From NCBI GenBank assembly GCA_963715195.1, contig CAVQRT010000002.1:128001-192000 (forward strand): a stretch of 64,000 nt of DNA. Direction: 5' to 3'. Shown piece by piece: positions 1 through 8,760 of the stretch. The stretch comes from Thermodesulfovibrionales bacterium. Lineage in GTDB: Bacteria; Nitrospirota; Thermodesulfovibrionia; Thermodesulfovibrionales; SM23-35. Position 1 is the stretch's first letter. Every line of letters starts with the position of its first letter. Made by a program: the position numbers and the translations under genes. Under the pieces are notes generated by a model. That model saw only the letters and a list, made by a program, of their open reading frames with translations, ran no database searches and was not told the origin of the DNA.

Positions 1-788
1 ACCAGAGTCAATCGTCAAAGGATTTGCAAAGACTTCGACCTTTTGTATGGATACCGGATTCAAGGTCAGTGAGACGATATTGAAGGCTCCGTTGTCAGCT
101 AATGCTGTTATATTAATAACAGTTGGAAGATCCCTGAGCGTCGATGGAATAACCCTAACGAGTATAGATGCCTGTCCGTTTGTGTCGGTCGTAGCAATGC
201 TTCCGAGAGGAAATGTTGCCTCCTCGCTGTCAGACCCGAACAGGATATCCGTACCAACAACACGCCGTCCGAACCCGTCAAAAACCGTAGCCGTAATAGT
301 GACTTCATTATCATTGGCAGTCTCGAAAAGCTCATAATTATCAGCAGCTAAGATCCAATGTCGGAATTGTGTTGCGATGCACTAAATGATGAGAAAAATA
401 CCGTTTTCCTGTCTCTAACCTGACCTACTCCTCTATTGACTTCAGCCTGAACTGATGAAAACCCACTGGTGGTTGATTTGAGGGTAACCGATGCGATGCC
501 GGTGCTATTCGTCTTTGCGCTTAAAGCACTTAATACACCAATTGGTGATAGATTAGTGAAGCTGACCGATATATTGTTTACAGGTGCTCCATTGCCATCG
601 AGCACCTTGGCATGCAAGATAATAGCGGAATTCGTCTGTGCAATAAAGTGGGAAGGAAGCAATTGAACAATAGACGGCTCACCCGGATTTTCACCCCTGG
701 GAGAATCTGAAGAACCGGATCCTCCTCCACAATTGAATGAAAAGAGGGATAATGCCAGTAATACTGACAGTATGATGATTTTTTTCAT
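1..788 (-). CDS. Lipoprotein with tandem bacterial Ig-like (Big_1/invasin-type) domains; apparent frameshift at about 350-380; runs off the window edge
   Basis: ATG at 788 with GGAGGA SD. Signal peptide MKKIIILSVLLALSLFSFNC, then an Ig-like segment (AKVLDGNGAPVNNISVSF...TNSTGIASVTL). After TAG at 348-350 another frame continues open to position 1 with a second such segment (VTITATVFDGFGRRVVGTDILF...TDTNGQASILV). Confidence 0.7.
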
Positions 789-804
789 CTTATCCTCCAA
801 AATA

Positions 805-1445
805 TTATTGACAATAATCGAACCAGCCAATCTGAAAATCTGTTTGTGCCTTGAAGGTAAACTTTTCTCCGTACTCGTTCTTTCCCTCAAAAGTATAGAC
901 CGCCGTGTAGTTGTTTAAATATGCCATCCCGGAGTTATATTGGCCGGATGTGACATCGGATCAGATATTGGTCTTTTCTGATCAGATCAACGAGGATAAC
1001 GGTATCGTCCACAGTGGTTATCCCTGAACCGGCAGGAGCAGGAATAACAATAGTCTTATATCGAGTGTCGGTCTGAATCGGTGGTGCTCCTAAGGAATCT
1101 GCTGAACGCCTGAATTCAACGGTATATTTTTCTATATACAGGTTTCCCGCCTGAAAAGTCGTGTTTGGATTGATAAGCCGGGCGGTCAACGATAGAGTAG
1201 CATTGTGATCGGTAAAATCTTCAATTTCAGGAGGAGGTCCCGGATCACAAATATCCTGAACTGTGTCTACAGAATAGGTATTTTCATTTAAGGTATAAAG
1301 GCGTAACTATTGCATCAACTTCGACACCGGTATCTTCGGTCCCCTTACTGCCCGGAGAACCTGAACCGCCGCCGCAACCCCACAAAAATACAGTAGACAG
1401 TAGACAGTAAACAGCAAACAGGAAAATGTTATTTTTCTTCATCAT
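805..1445 (-). CDS. Pilus-operon lipoprotein of unknown function, reconstructed across two +1 indels (about 1288 and 961)
   Basis: Starts MMKKNNIFLFAVYCLLSTVFLWGC-GGGSGSPGS (lipobox LWGC). Removing one base at each site joins it to the 935..1189 ORF and gives a C-terminus ...TDFQIGWFDYCQ* ending at 805, 16 nt before the next ATG. Confidence 0.7.
1388..1422. repeat. Heptamer tandem array (ARACAGN x5) inside a signal-peptide coding region
   Basis: atacagt agacagt agacagt aaacagc aaacagg read directly. Confidence 0.75.
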
Positions 1446-1503
1446 GCCTCCACATTATTTTAAAAAGCCCATGATATTGTTTCGCATTTAGGGTTTATGA
1501 GCA

Positions 1504-3777
1504 TTATGGTTTCTCTACAACTCTTGGTGTTATGAAAATCAGGAGTTCATTGGTAATGGATGTTGTTGTATTGCTTCTAAACAACCATCCGAGAATCGGT
1601 ATTTTCATCAATCCCGGGACCCCTGAATCTGAATCAGATGTTGTAATTTTATACATTCCTCCGATAACTACTGTCTCACCGTCTCTAATGATGACATTCG
1701 TATTTGCTTCTTTCTTGTCAGTCCCTGGAACACCTTCAATAGACGGTATCGTCGGGTCAAGTTCTTCTTTCTTGATCTCGATAGCCATACCGATTGACTT
1801 GTCAGGTGTAATATGGGGAACTACGTTCAGTTCCAGGGTGACATCCTTAAACTCTGTAGAAACAGTTCCCTCCGATGTGAGTTTTCTAACCGGGATACTC
1901 TTCCCTTGTAAAATTTTCGCTTTCCCGTTGTCGACAGTCAGGATTCTTGGATTAGATATAACTTTACCCTGTCCAATAGTTTCGATCGCTGAAAGCTGAA
2001 GATCAAGGCCGAATGTGCGGTCAGGACTGAGAAAGCCGAAGGTAAATCCTGAGCCTGATAGAGGCCCAACACTTTTTGCCGGAAAGTCAACAAGATAGTT
2101 GTTCCCCGTAAAGGCTCCGGGACTAAGAAAAGGAACTCCTGACAACCCCCCGATAGAAGAGAGGGTATTACTTGCCTGAATGTTCATTCCCCATTGGATA
2201 CCAAGATCACGCGTTGTAGAAGTGTTCACTTCAACGATTCTTGCTTCAATTAAAACTTGCGGAGTCGGTTTGTCGAGGGTTGCAAGGAGCTGCTCGACCT
2301 TTGGAAAGACATCTGCAGTATCCTGGACAAGTATGGTGCTCGTTCTCTCATCCGCACTTATACTTCCTCTCGGAGTGAGGAGCTTGGCATTTTTTATGGA
2401 AGCATCCACATCTTTTACCTGTGCATAACTGACGTTAAAGATCCTTGTCTCAAGTGGTTCCGCCAATGTCAGCGCCTCCCGGGCCTTAACTTTTTCCTCG
2501 CTTTCCCTCGTAAAAACGCTGTGCGGAGCAATTCTGATGATATTCCCTTCAACTGATTTCCCGAGGCTAAAGGTTTTGAGGATGGTATCAAGGGCCTGAC
2601 TCCAGGATACGTCGATAAACTTCATGGTAGCCCTTCCTTTGACATCCGGATGCACAAAGAGATTGCATCCGCTGATATCGGCAAACAGCCTGAAAATGGG
2701 CACGATATCCTGATCCTGAAAATCAAAATTGATATTCTCTTTTCCGTCGAGGTACGACTGGCACTTATTCTCTGCCGTTATTTCAGTCTCATTCGCCCTG
2801 ATTGATGATTCAACGGAAGAAGCTTCAGCACCTTCCACTATTGGAGCTGCAGACGCAACCATAGGCTCTCTCTCCCGCTTCACAGCAACAACAATCGAAT
2901 CACCAATGGCCGAGACATCAAATTTCGTCATCTCTTTCAAATCAATGACGAGCCGTGTCTTGTCATCATGCATGCCTGAGCGTATTCCCCGTATTGGTGA
3001 AATAACGCCGGCTGGTACAGACGTGTTCAATACAACATCCGGAATATCAATCACGAGACGGTTTTCTAACGGAAAGACATTCGGCGTCATAGAGCCATTG
3101 CCTTGAATAAGTATTTTTACCACGCCTGAAGAAGTATCAAATGAGATATTGGTTATTTCCGTAGCCTTCGGGAGTTGAGGATTTAGTGCATGATTCACAT
3201 TGTTATTCACTTTCCTCACAAGAGCAGCACGTTCTTTCATATCTAAATCAGGAATTTTCAGCTCCTTCGGCGGATCTTGTTGCTTCGGTGAAGCTTGTTT
3301 GAATAACAGATCGTTCTTGATTTTTATGGTCAGCACGTTATTCTTATATTCCTGATCAACTGTCGAAGGGGTCTCAAGGAGTATGTCAAGCCGTGCAAGG
3401 AGAGACGGAGACTCGACCTGTGAAGGGATGACTTCTGTAACACCCCGCTTGTGAGATACAATCCTTTTGTTGAAGGCACCGACTGATGTATCCGGTATGT
3501 CAACGACTATTTTATAGGGGTCTCCGGGCTTATACATGGTGTATACAAAGGGCTGATCAGCAGCAATCATCACGCTGTTGTCCTCTATGGCAATGTTCGA
3601 TATGACCGGTTTGGGAGGCTCTTTGCCGTTTACCTTTGCTGATGCACATCCCGCAGAGGAAAACAAAGAACAGCAAAGAAACAAGAACATGAATCCGCCT
3701 GAAATATATGAAAGCAGCGCATCATACCCTCTGTTCAAAGTTCTATTATTCCTGTATTGCACTCTATGACTCATCAC
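1504..3777 (-). CDS. pilQ: Type IV pilus secretin PilQ with N-terminal AMIN-like domains (start uncertain)
   Basis: Secretin motifs QVLIEARIVEV, PRILTVDNGKAKILQG, DGETVVIGG, VPGLMKIPILGWLF, ELLIFITPRVV; last gene of pilMNOPQ. Confidence 0.95.
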   Translation of the reverse strand: MMSHRVQYRNNRTLNRGYDALLSYISGGFMFLFLCCSLFSSAGCASAKVNGKEPPKPVISNIAIEDNSVMIAADQPFVYTMYKPGDPYKIVVDIPDTSVGAFNKRIVSHKRGVTEVIPSQVESPSLLARLDILLETPSTVDQEYKNNVLTIKIKNDLLFKQASPKQQDPPKELKIPDLDMKERAALVRKVNNNVNHALNPQLPKATEITNISFDTSSGVVKILIQGNGSMTPNVFPLENRLVIDIPDVVLNTSVPAGVISPIRGIRSGMHDDKTRLVIDLKEMTKFDVSAIGDSIVVAVKREREPMVASAAPIVEGAEASSVESSIRANETEITAENKCQSYLDGKENINFDFQDQDIVPIFRLFADISGCNLFVHPDVKGRATMKFIDVSWSQALDTILKTFSLGKSVEGNIIRIAPHSVFTRESEEKVKAREALTLAEPLETRIFNVSYAQVKDVDASIKNAKLLTPRGSISADERTSTILVQDTADVFPKVEQLLATLDKPTPQVLIEARIVEVNTSTTRDLGIQWGMNIQASNTLSSIGGLSGVPFLSPGAFTGNNYLVDFPAKSVGPLSGSGFTFGFLSPDRTFGLDLQLSAIETIGQGKVISNPRILTVDNGKAKILQGKSIPVRKLTSEGTVSTEFKDVTLELNVVPHITPDKSIGMAIEIKKEELDPTIPSIEGVPGTDKKEANTNVIIRDGETVVIGGMYKITTSDSDSGVPGLMKIPILGWLFRSNTTTSITNELLIFITPRVVEKP

Positions 3778-4287
3778 TCTTCCCCCTTATGGAGTTTCAA
3801 TATTACATCCCTTGGCTTAATATCTCCCCGATAATCTTTGATAAATTCCCTTATCAGGACAGCATCTTTTGTTATTTTCTGAACCTTCCCTCCCTGCAGT
3901 CCCAGGGCCATCCCCTCTGTTATTGTATACGTTTTTTTGTCCGGCATCATGACGAGGGCATAGGACTTGTTCTTATCCCATGCTATTGCCAGCAATTCCA
4001 TTTCATCGATCTCATAACTTTCAAAAGGACTGGCTCCACTCTTTTTCCCCGGTTTCTGGCGTTCTTTTGCAACAAGGGACAGGAAGGGGTCTCTCTTTCC
4101 CTTAGCATCATATTGATATGGTCTCTGAATTCAACCTTTTCTCCCTGAGACATGTTCTTTTCTTCAGATGTCTGGGCAGGCATGACTTTCGGCGCTGCCG
4201 GCTTCTGCACAGCGGATTCTTCCTTTTTACAACCTGCACAGAAGTATTAACAGAAAAATAAGGAAAAAGTATGTCGTTTTATTTCAT
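3774..4287 (-). CDS. pilP: Type IV pilus lipoprotein PilP, broken by indels at about 4283, 4238 and 4120-4130
   Basis: ATG overlaps the pilO stop (ATGA). Reconstruction gives lipobox LAGC, YDAKGKRDPF and the C-terminal domain MELLAIAWDKNKSYALV...GLQGGKVQKIT; located between pilO and pilQ. Confidence 0.85.
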
Positions 4288-4895
4288 GGTTTATTTGCCT
4301 GAGTTTTTTCTGTCTCCTCTTCAGGAACGACAGAAAATGTTGTCGCCGCAAAAGATATTTTGACAAGGGCGTTCTCTTTTTCCGGTTTTGGATCGCTGAT
4401 TTTTATATCAGAAATATTAACAATTCTGCTGAGCTTTGTGAGGCTGCTGAAGAAATACCCGAGGCTGTGGTAATTCCCTGTCAGTTCTACTTTCACCGGT
4501 ATCTCATACACAATGCCGCTTGGATGTGTCTTTCGTTGCTCCGGTTTCCAGAGCCCTATTTTCAGACCTGATCCGATGCAGAGATCTGAAACCTGTTTCA
4601 ACAATGTTGAAACTTCTTTCTCCTCAGGCAATTGCAGTTTCAGCTCGTTGAGCCGGACCCTGAGTCTTTCGTTCTCCAGGGTTAGTTCGGGAAGTTTTGC
4701 GGCTTTTGCTTGATTTTTCGCTATCTCATTTTCCTGCGCAGATATCTTCTGCTCAAGACCCTTGATTTCCTTCTGCTTGGGGAAAATCAGCAGGAACACG
4801 ACAACAAGCGTGATAACAAGCGCAGGGATAGCAGAGAGAATGATCTTTACGACTGAAGGTACATTCCTTAAAGAGACATTCATCTTTAGAGCCAT
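4284..4895 (-). CDS. pilO: Type IV pilus assembly protein PilO
   Basis: N-terminal TM, coiled coil, LPEEKEV and GNYHSLGYF...LSRIVNI motifs; synteny. Confidence 0.93.
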   Translation of the reverse strand: MALKMNVSLRNVPSVVKIILSAIPALVITLVVVFLLIFPKQKEIKGLEQKISAQENEIAKNQAKAAKLPELTLENERLRVRLNELKLQLPEEKEVSTLLKQVSDLCIGSGLKIGLWKPEQRKTHPSGIVYEIPVKVELTGNYHSLGYFFSSLTKLSRIVNISDIKISDPKPEKENALVKISFAATTFSVVPEEETEKTQANKP

Positions 4896-4896
4896 A

Positions 4897-5436
4897 TCAC
4901 ACCTTCAGCCTGCAGGTTAATTTGAACATATAGAGAGCTACTCTTTCCGCTTCGACACTTTTTGATTCCTGCAAATACACATCGGTGAACATCCGGGAAT
5001 TTTTAATGTTGTCAACATACGAGACGATGTCATTATTCGTAAAACCATACCCCTCCAAATTAATAGTTCCACCCGATATCGACATTGTCTGAAGCCAAAT
5101 GCCGTTGGGAAGGAGCGCACTGAATTCATCGAGAATTTTCACCGGCAGGCTTTTGTTTTTACTCAGCTGTTCGATAATATCATTCCGTTCTTTAAAGGTC
5201 TTGTTCCTTTGTTCAAAGTCCTCAACAGTCTTTATCATTTCTTTGAGTTCCGCTATCTTCGTTTCATTGGCAGCGAACTGTTCTTTCTTCGCAGACAGCC
5301 GTGAGTTAAAAAAGAATGTCAGATACGCCATAAGAATGCATATCACCACCGTAATGAGGATTGTTATGACAAGAAACGATGGAAGCGGCTTCGGCTTCTT
5401 CTTCCTTTTTAACGGTAAGAGATTGACCTTTATCAT
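4897..5436 (-). CDS. pilN: Type IV pilus assembly protein PilN
   Basis: N-terminal MIKVNLLP PilM-binding motif, TM, LPNGIWL; synteny. Confidence 0.93.
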   Translation of the reverse strand: MIKVNLLPLKRKKKPKPLPSFLVITILITVVICILMAYLTFFFNSRLSAKKEQFAANETKIAELKEMIKTVEDFEQRNKTFKERNDIIEQLSKNKSLPVKILDEFSALLPNGIWLQTMSISGGTINLEGYGFTNNDIVSYVDNIKNSRMFTDVYLQESKSVEAERVALYMFKLTCRLKV

Positions 5437-6470
5437 CTGTCGCCGGGTCTCCTGAGTGCTAACCCTGTGGCAACAGCTGCCATGGGAGCCATCTCCTGAA
5501 TATACGCGAGATCGAGATGTTTCGGTATTTTAATATTCTTAAATGGCTGCATGAGCTTGGTTTCTACCCGGATCTTTTCGGCAAGGAGATTCGGGAAGTC
5601 CCGTATAAGGGCGCATCCTCCACTCAATACAATCTCGTGGATGTCTTCATGGAAATATTCCAAGGAACGATTCACCTCACTGATAATTTCCTCAGATGCC
5701 AGTTCCATGACCGAAAATGCATCCTGGGGTGTAACATTCTCAACAGGTTCGCCTCTCTTCAGTCTCTCAGCTACTTCATAGGCAAGATTGAACTCCCGCT
5801 GAAGGACCTCTGTATGGAGGTTGCTTCCGACAGCACTATCCCTGGTAAATACAGATATGCCGCCTTTGAGGATATTCATATTGATTGTGTTTGCTCCGAT
5901 ATTGACCAGCGCAACGTTTTTTTCAGGTTCTATCTCATAATTGATTTCGTAAATATTTTCGAGAGCGAATGAATTGACGTCGACAATCTGGCAGTTTAAT
6001 CCGGCCTCTTTAACCACCGAAAGGTACTCATTAACAATATCTTTCTTGACAGCAACGAGAATAACGTCCATCTGGCCTGGCTCTTCCTTGGGTCCAAGAA
6101 TCTGAAAGTCCAGATCTACATCATCGATGTCGAACGGGATGTATTGCTCTGCTTCGAATTTGATTGATTCGTAGAGTTCGTCTTCAGACATCTCCGGAAG
6201 AGAAACCCGCTTTATGATGACAGAGGAATGACCTGCTATGCTGATCGTAACATCTTTTGCCCTGATTTTTGCCTTCCGTGCAAGTTCTTTCAGCGAATCA
6301 ACCAGACGAAGGGAATCGATTATGGAACCGTCAACGATCAATTCCGGTGGAAGAGGAAGCATATCAAACAGTTCGAGTTCATAGCCTTCTTTCGTATCTT
6401 TCAACTGAACAAGTTTAAGATACCCGGAACCTATATCTAAACCAACAGTGCCCTTACCACCGAAGAACAT
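5433..6470 (-). CDS. pilM: Type IV pilus assembly protein PilM
   Basis: Actin-like GLDIGSG, EAEQYIPF, LSGGCA and C-terminal ATGLALR. Confidence 0.95.
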   Translation of the reverse strand: MFFGGKGTVGLDIGSGYLKLVQLKDTKEGYELELFDMLPLPPELIVDGSIIDSLRLVDSLKELARKAKIRAKDVTISIAGHSSVIIKRVSLPEMSEDELYESIKFEAEQYIPFDIDDVDLDFQILGPKEEPGQMDVILVAVKKDIVNEYLSVVKEAGLNCQIVDVNSFALENIYEINYEIEPEKNVALVNIGANTINMNILKGGISVFTRDSAVGSNLHTEVLQREFNLAYEVAERLKRGEPVENVTPQDAFSVMELASEEIISEVNRSLEYFHEDIHEIVLSGGCALIRDFPNLLAEKIRVETKLMQPFKNIKIPKHLDLAYIQEMAPMAAVATGLALRRPGDR

Positions 6471-6476
6471 AGCATA

Positions 6477-6505
6477 TGAATACCAGAAAAAAAATATCTT
6501 GTCAA
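6477..6505 (-). promoter_or_regulatory. Putative sigma70 promoter of the pil operon (TTGACA-17-TATTCA); predicted start site at the pilM ATG
   Basis: Perfect -35 at 6505-6500, weak -10 at 6482-6477, 6 nt to ATG, no SD. Confidence 0.5.
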
Positions 6506-6561
6506 GTATTTTTTAATAGAAATAAGAGGATTTCGGGTAATAATTAATAAATTAGTTGAAG

Positions 6562-6581
6562 TTTGTGATTTGGGTCACAAA
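6562..6581. promoter_or_regulatory. CRP/FNR-family operator (TTTGTGA-N6-TCACAAA)
   Basis: Perfect 7-bp-arm palindrome matching TGTGA-N6-TCACA in the truB-pilM intergenic region. Confidence 0.7.
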
Positions 6582-6618
6582 AAAATTTTTGCTGGTACAT
6601 ATGAGCAAATTCCATCGC

Positions 6619-7533
6619 TCAGGATACATGAAAAAGCCGTTCTATCCTTACAGAATTGTCCACAAGAGAGCCGATGCCAAACAGGATATGATCAGGGCTC
6701 TTCAAGCGTACATATTCACATGCTCCTGAGGATGATACAGACCTATTCCTGATAGTCCCTTCCATAAAAGTCTCGGGATTATTTTGAGGGATACTTACAG
6801 GTATCCCATTTTTTGCTTTCTGCCATGAGTCATGATCGAATATTATTTCTTGCAGGTGCGAGAGGGCTTTATCCATCGAACAAAAACAATTTTTTTTATC
6901 TGGCAGTTCAGCGAGAGAAACGGCATCTTCAATACCAAAATTCCCCACCCTAATTCTTTTGAGAGCGGTCATATGTGCCCCTGTCCCGAGCTCATTGCCA
7001 ATGTCATCGCAGAGTGTTCTGATATATGTTCCCTTTGAACAGCTTACCCTTGCGTTAACATACGGGTGATGAAAAGACAGGAGTTCCATACGATGAATAA
7101 AGACGCTCCTCTCCGATCGCTCTACGGAAATTCCTCTTCTCGCGAGAGTATAAAGGCGCTCTCCGCCGATTTTCACTGCTGAGTACATCGGCGGAATCTG
7201 TTGAATACGTCCGCTAAACCTGCTGAGGACCTCATGGATAACTTCTCTCCGGAGCAAGCAGGGATCCTTTTTTTCAATTATTCTGCCGGTAGAGTCATAG
7301 GTATCCGTCTTCTCCCCGAGTTTCAACTGGACAATATAGTCTTTATCGAGGTCTGATAAAAAACGTGTGATCTTTGTTGCCTCGTTCAGACAGATGATCA
7401 AAATGCCGGTTGCTATCGGATCAAGAGTTCCCGCATGCCCCGCCTTCTTGACCCCCAATAACCTCTTCACTTTTGCAACAGCCTGCTGCGAAGTTATGTG
7501 CGCAGGCTTATCAAGATTTATAACAATATTCAT
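6619..7533 (-). CDS. truB: tRNA pseudouridine(55) synthase
   Basis: LDKP, KAGHAGTLDPIATG, QIPPMYSAVKIGG, CSKGTYIRTL motifs. Confidence 0.96.
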   Translation of the reverse strand: MNIVINLDKPAHITSQQAVAKVKRLLGVKKAGHAGTLDPIATGILIICLNEATKITRFLSDLDKDYIVQLKLGEKTDTYDSTGRIIEKKDPCLLRREVIHEVLSRFSGRIQQIPPMYSAVKIGGERLYTLARRGISVERSERSVFIHRMELLSFHHPYVNARVSCSKGTYIRTLCDDIGNELGTGAHMTALKRIRVGNFGIEDAVSLAELPDKKNCFCSMDKALSHLQEIIFDHDSWQKAKNGIPVSIPQNNPETFMEGTIRNRSVSSSGACEYVRLKSPDHILFGIGSLVDNSVRIERLFHVS

Positions 7534-7535
7534 TA

Positions 7536-7612
7536 TGGCGCGCCCAGGAGGATTCGAACCCCCGACCTGCGGATTCGTAGTCCGACGCTCTATCCAGCTG
7601 AGCTATGGGCGC
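7536..7612 (-). tRNA. tRNA-Arg (ACG), CCA encoded
   Basis: GCGCCCATAGCTCAGCTGGATAGAGCGTCGGACT-ACG-AATCCGCAGGTCGGGGGTTCGAATCCTCCTGGGCGCGCCA cloverleaf. Confidence 0.97.
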
Positions 7613-7626
7613 TTTCCACCCTTATT

Positions 7627-8272
7627 TTAACCTTTTTTAACCCCTTCTTTAAGGGTAATGCCATATTTTGGATGTTCAAAAGGGTGTATGGAAGGCACTT
7701 TGGAAAATAACCAGCCCCATTGTCTACCGGGAGCAGGGAAAATCTGCTTTCTATTTTCGAAAACCCTAATGCTGAGAGCGGGATTTCTTGGCTCATTGGA
7801 CCCCGAGGTAAGATTCAGACCGTCCATTCTGAAATCGGGGAGAAAGTCTCCGACATGAATCTTAAGAGAAGAGTCTGGAATCGTAAAATCAGTATTCAGT
7901 TTAACCTCATATTCCTTCTTTGTCTTTGCGGCTTTATCCTCGAGGATTATCCTCACGGCACTCCATTTTCCTTTCACTGATTCGGGGACAACGACCTGGG
8001 TTTTTCCCGTCATTCCCATTCCGGTTGGTGGCATCTGTCCGGTCGGTGGCATCTGTCCGGTTGGTGGCATTGTACCCGGTTGGCGTCTGCCCTTGAGGTA
8101 TTGGTCCTGAGGGCATCTGCTCCATTGGCATCTGTCCCGGTGGTATCTGTCCTGTCGGCATCATCGGGGCCGGCATTTGCGGAGCAGGTGGTTCGGGTTC
8201 CTTTTTCCTGCATGCACTTATTACAAAAATACACAAAAGGGATAATACAACAGCCAGAATTCGTTTTTTCAT
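7627..8272 (-). CDS. Lipoprotein with Pro/Met/Gln-rich linker and DUF2155-like C-terminal domain; +1 indel at about 8074
   Basis: MKKRILAVVLSLLCIFVISAC lipobox. ORFs 7934..8272 and 7627..8070 share the same repeat and join by removing one base. C-terminal FLPDF...SNEPRNPA...GWLFSKVPSIHPFEHPKY. Confidence 0.75.
8021..8162 (-). repeat. 15-18 nt coding repeats (QMPPTG-like)
   Basis: ggcatctgtccggt(c/t)ggt units at about 8030-8070 with degenerate copies upstream. Confidence 0.75.
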
Positions 8273-8326
8273 GCTTTCCTCCTTACTTGCACCTTTTACT
8301 TCTCACTTTTTGCTTCAAGCTTCTTC

Positions 8327-8419
8327 TGGCGGAGAGGCAGGGATTCGAACCCTGGGTGAGGTTTTACCCCCACAACCGCTTAGCAGGCGGCTGCCTTCGA
8401 CCAGCTCGGCCACCTCTCC
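8327..8419 (-). tRNA. tRNA-Ser (GCT), long variable arm, CCA encoded
   Basis: GGAGAGGTGGCCGAGCTGGTCGAAGGCAGCCGCCT-GCT-AAGCGGT...GGGTTCGAATCCCTGCCTCTCCGCCA. Confidence 0.97.
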
Positions 8420-8492
8420 CCGAAAAAAAACCAGCAGATAGCATACAGTAGACAGGGAACGGGAAATAATTCTTATGAGCACGAAACTCAAT

Positions 8493-8521
8493 ATAGTAAC
8501 AACTTGCTTTAAACTTTGCAA
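8493..8521 (-). promoter_or_regulatory. Putative sigma70 promoter of the tRNA-Ser unit (TTGCAA-17-TACTAT with extended TG)
   Basis: Both hexamers and the 17-nt spacing read directly, about 70 nt upstream of tRNA-Ser. Confidence 0.65.
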
Positions 8522-8623
8522 ATAAGCGGCAGACGACCGTATTCGGGGAACTCCGGTGATCGACAGAGCGGTGAAATCTCTTGATTAGCTAAAGATAAGT
8601 ACCCCTCTGTAAATTTCTATTAT

Positions 8624-8699
8624 GTCATTGTCTGATGTGACCGGACAATCCACAACATCATAAAAAACAATGGATTCCCTGATCAAGTCGGGGGATGAC
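8624..8699. repeat. REP-like palindromic element (GTCAT...ATGAC with two internal hairpins)
   Basis: gtcattgtctgatgtgaccggacaatcca...tggattccctgatcaagtcgggggatgac: terminal inverted repeats, two related imperfect hairpins and an atcca/tggat stem. Confidence 0.6.
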
Positions 8700-8760
8700 T
8701 GACTTCTTACCGTCAATGTATATCCGGGAACTTTGCAAATGGAATTCTCAATAATGCATC

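Noticed and set aside
1284..1286. TGA as selenocysteine
   Set aside because: The protein continues in a different frame, so this is an indel rather than read-through.
7536..8419. tRNA-anchored genomic island or prophage
   Set aside because: No integrase, no duplicated tRNA 3' end and housekeeping flanks.
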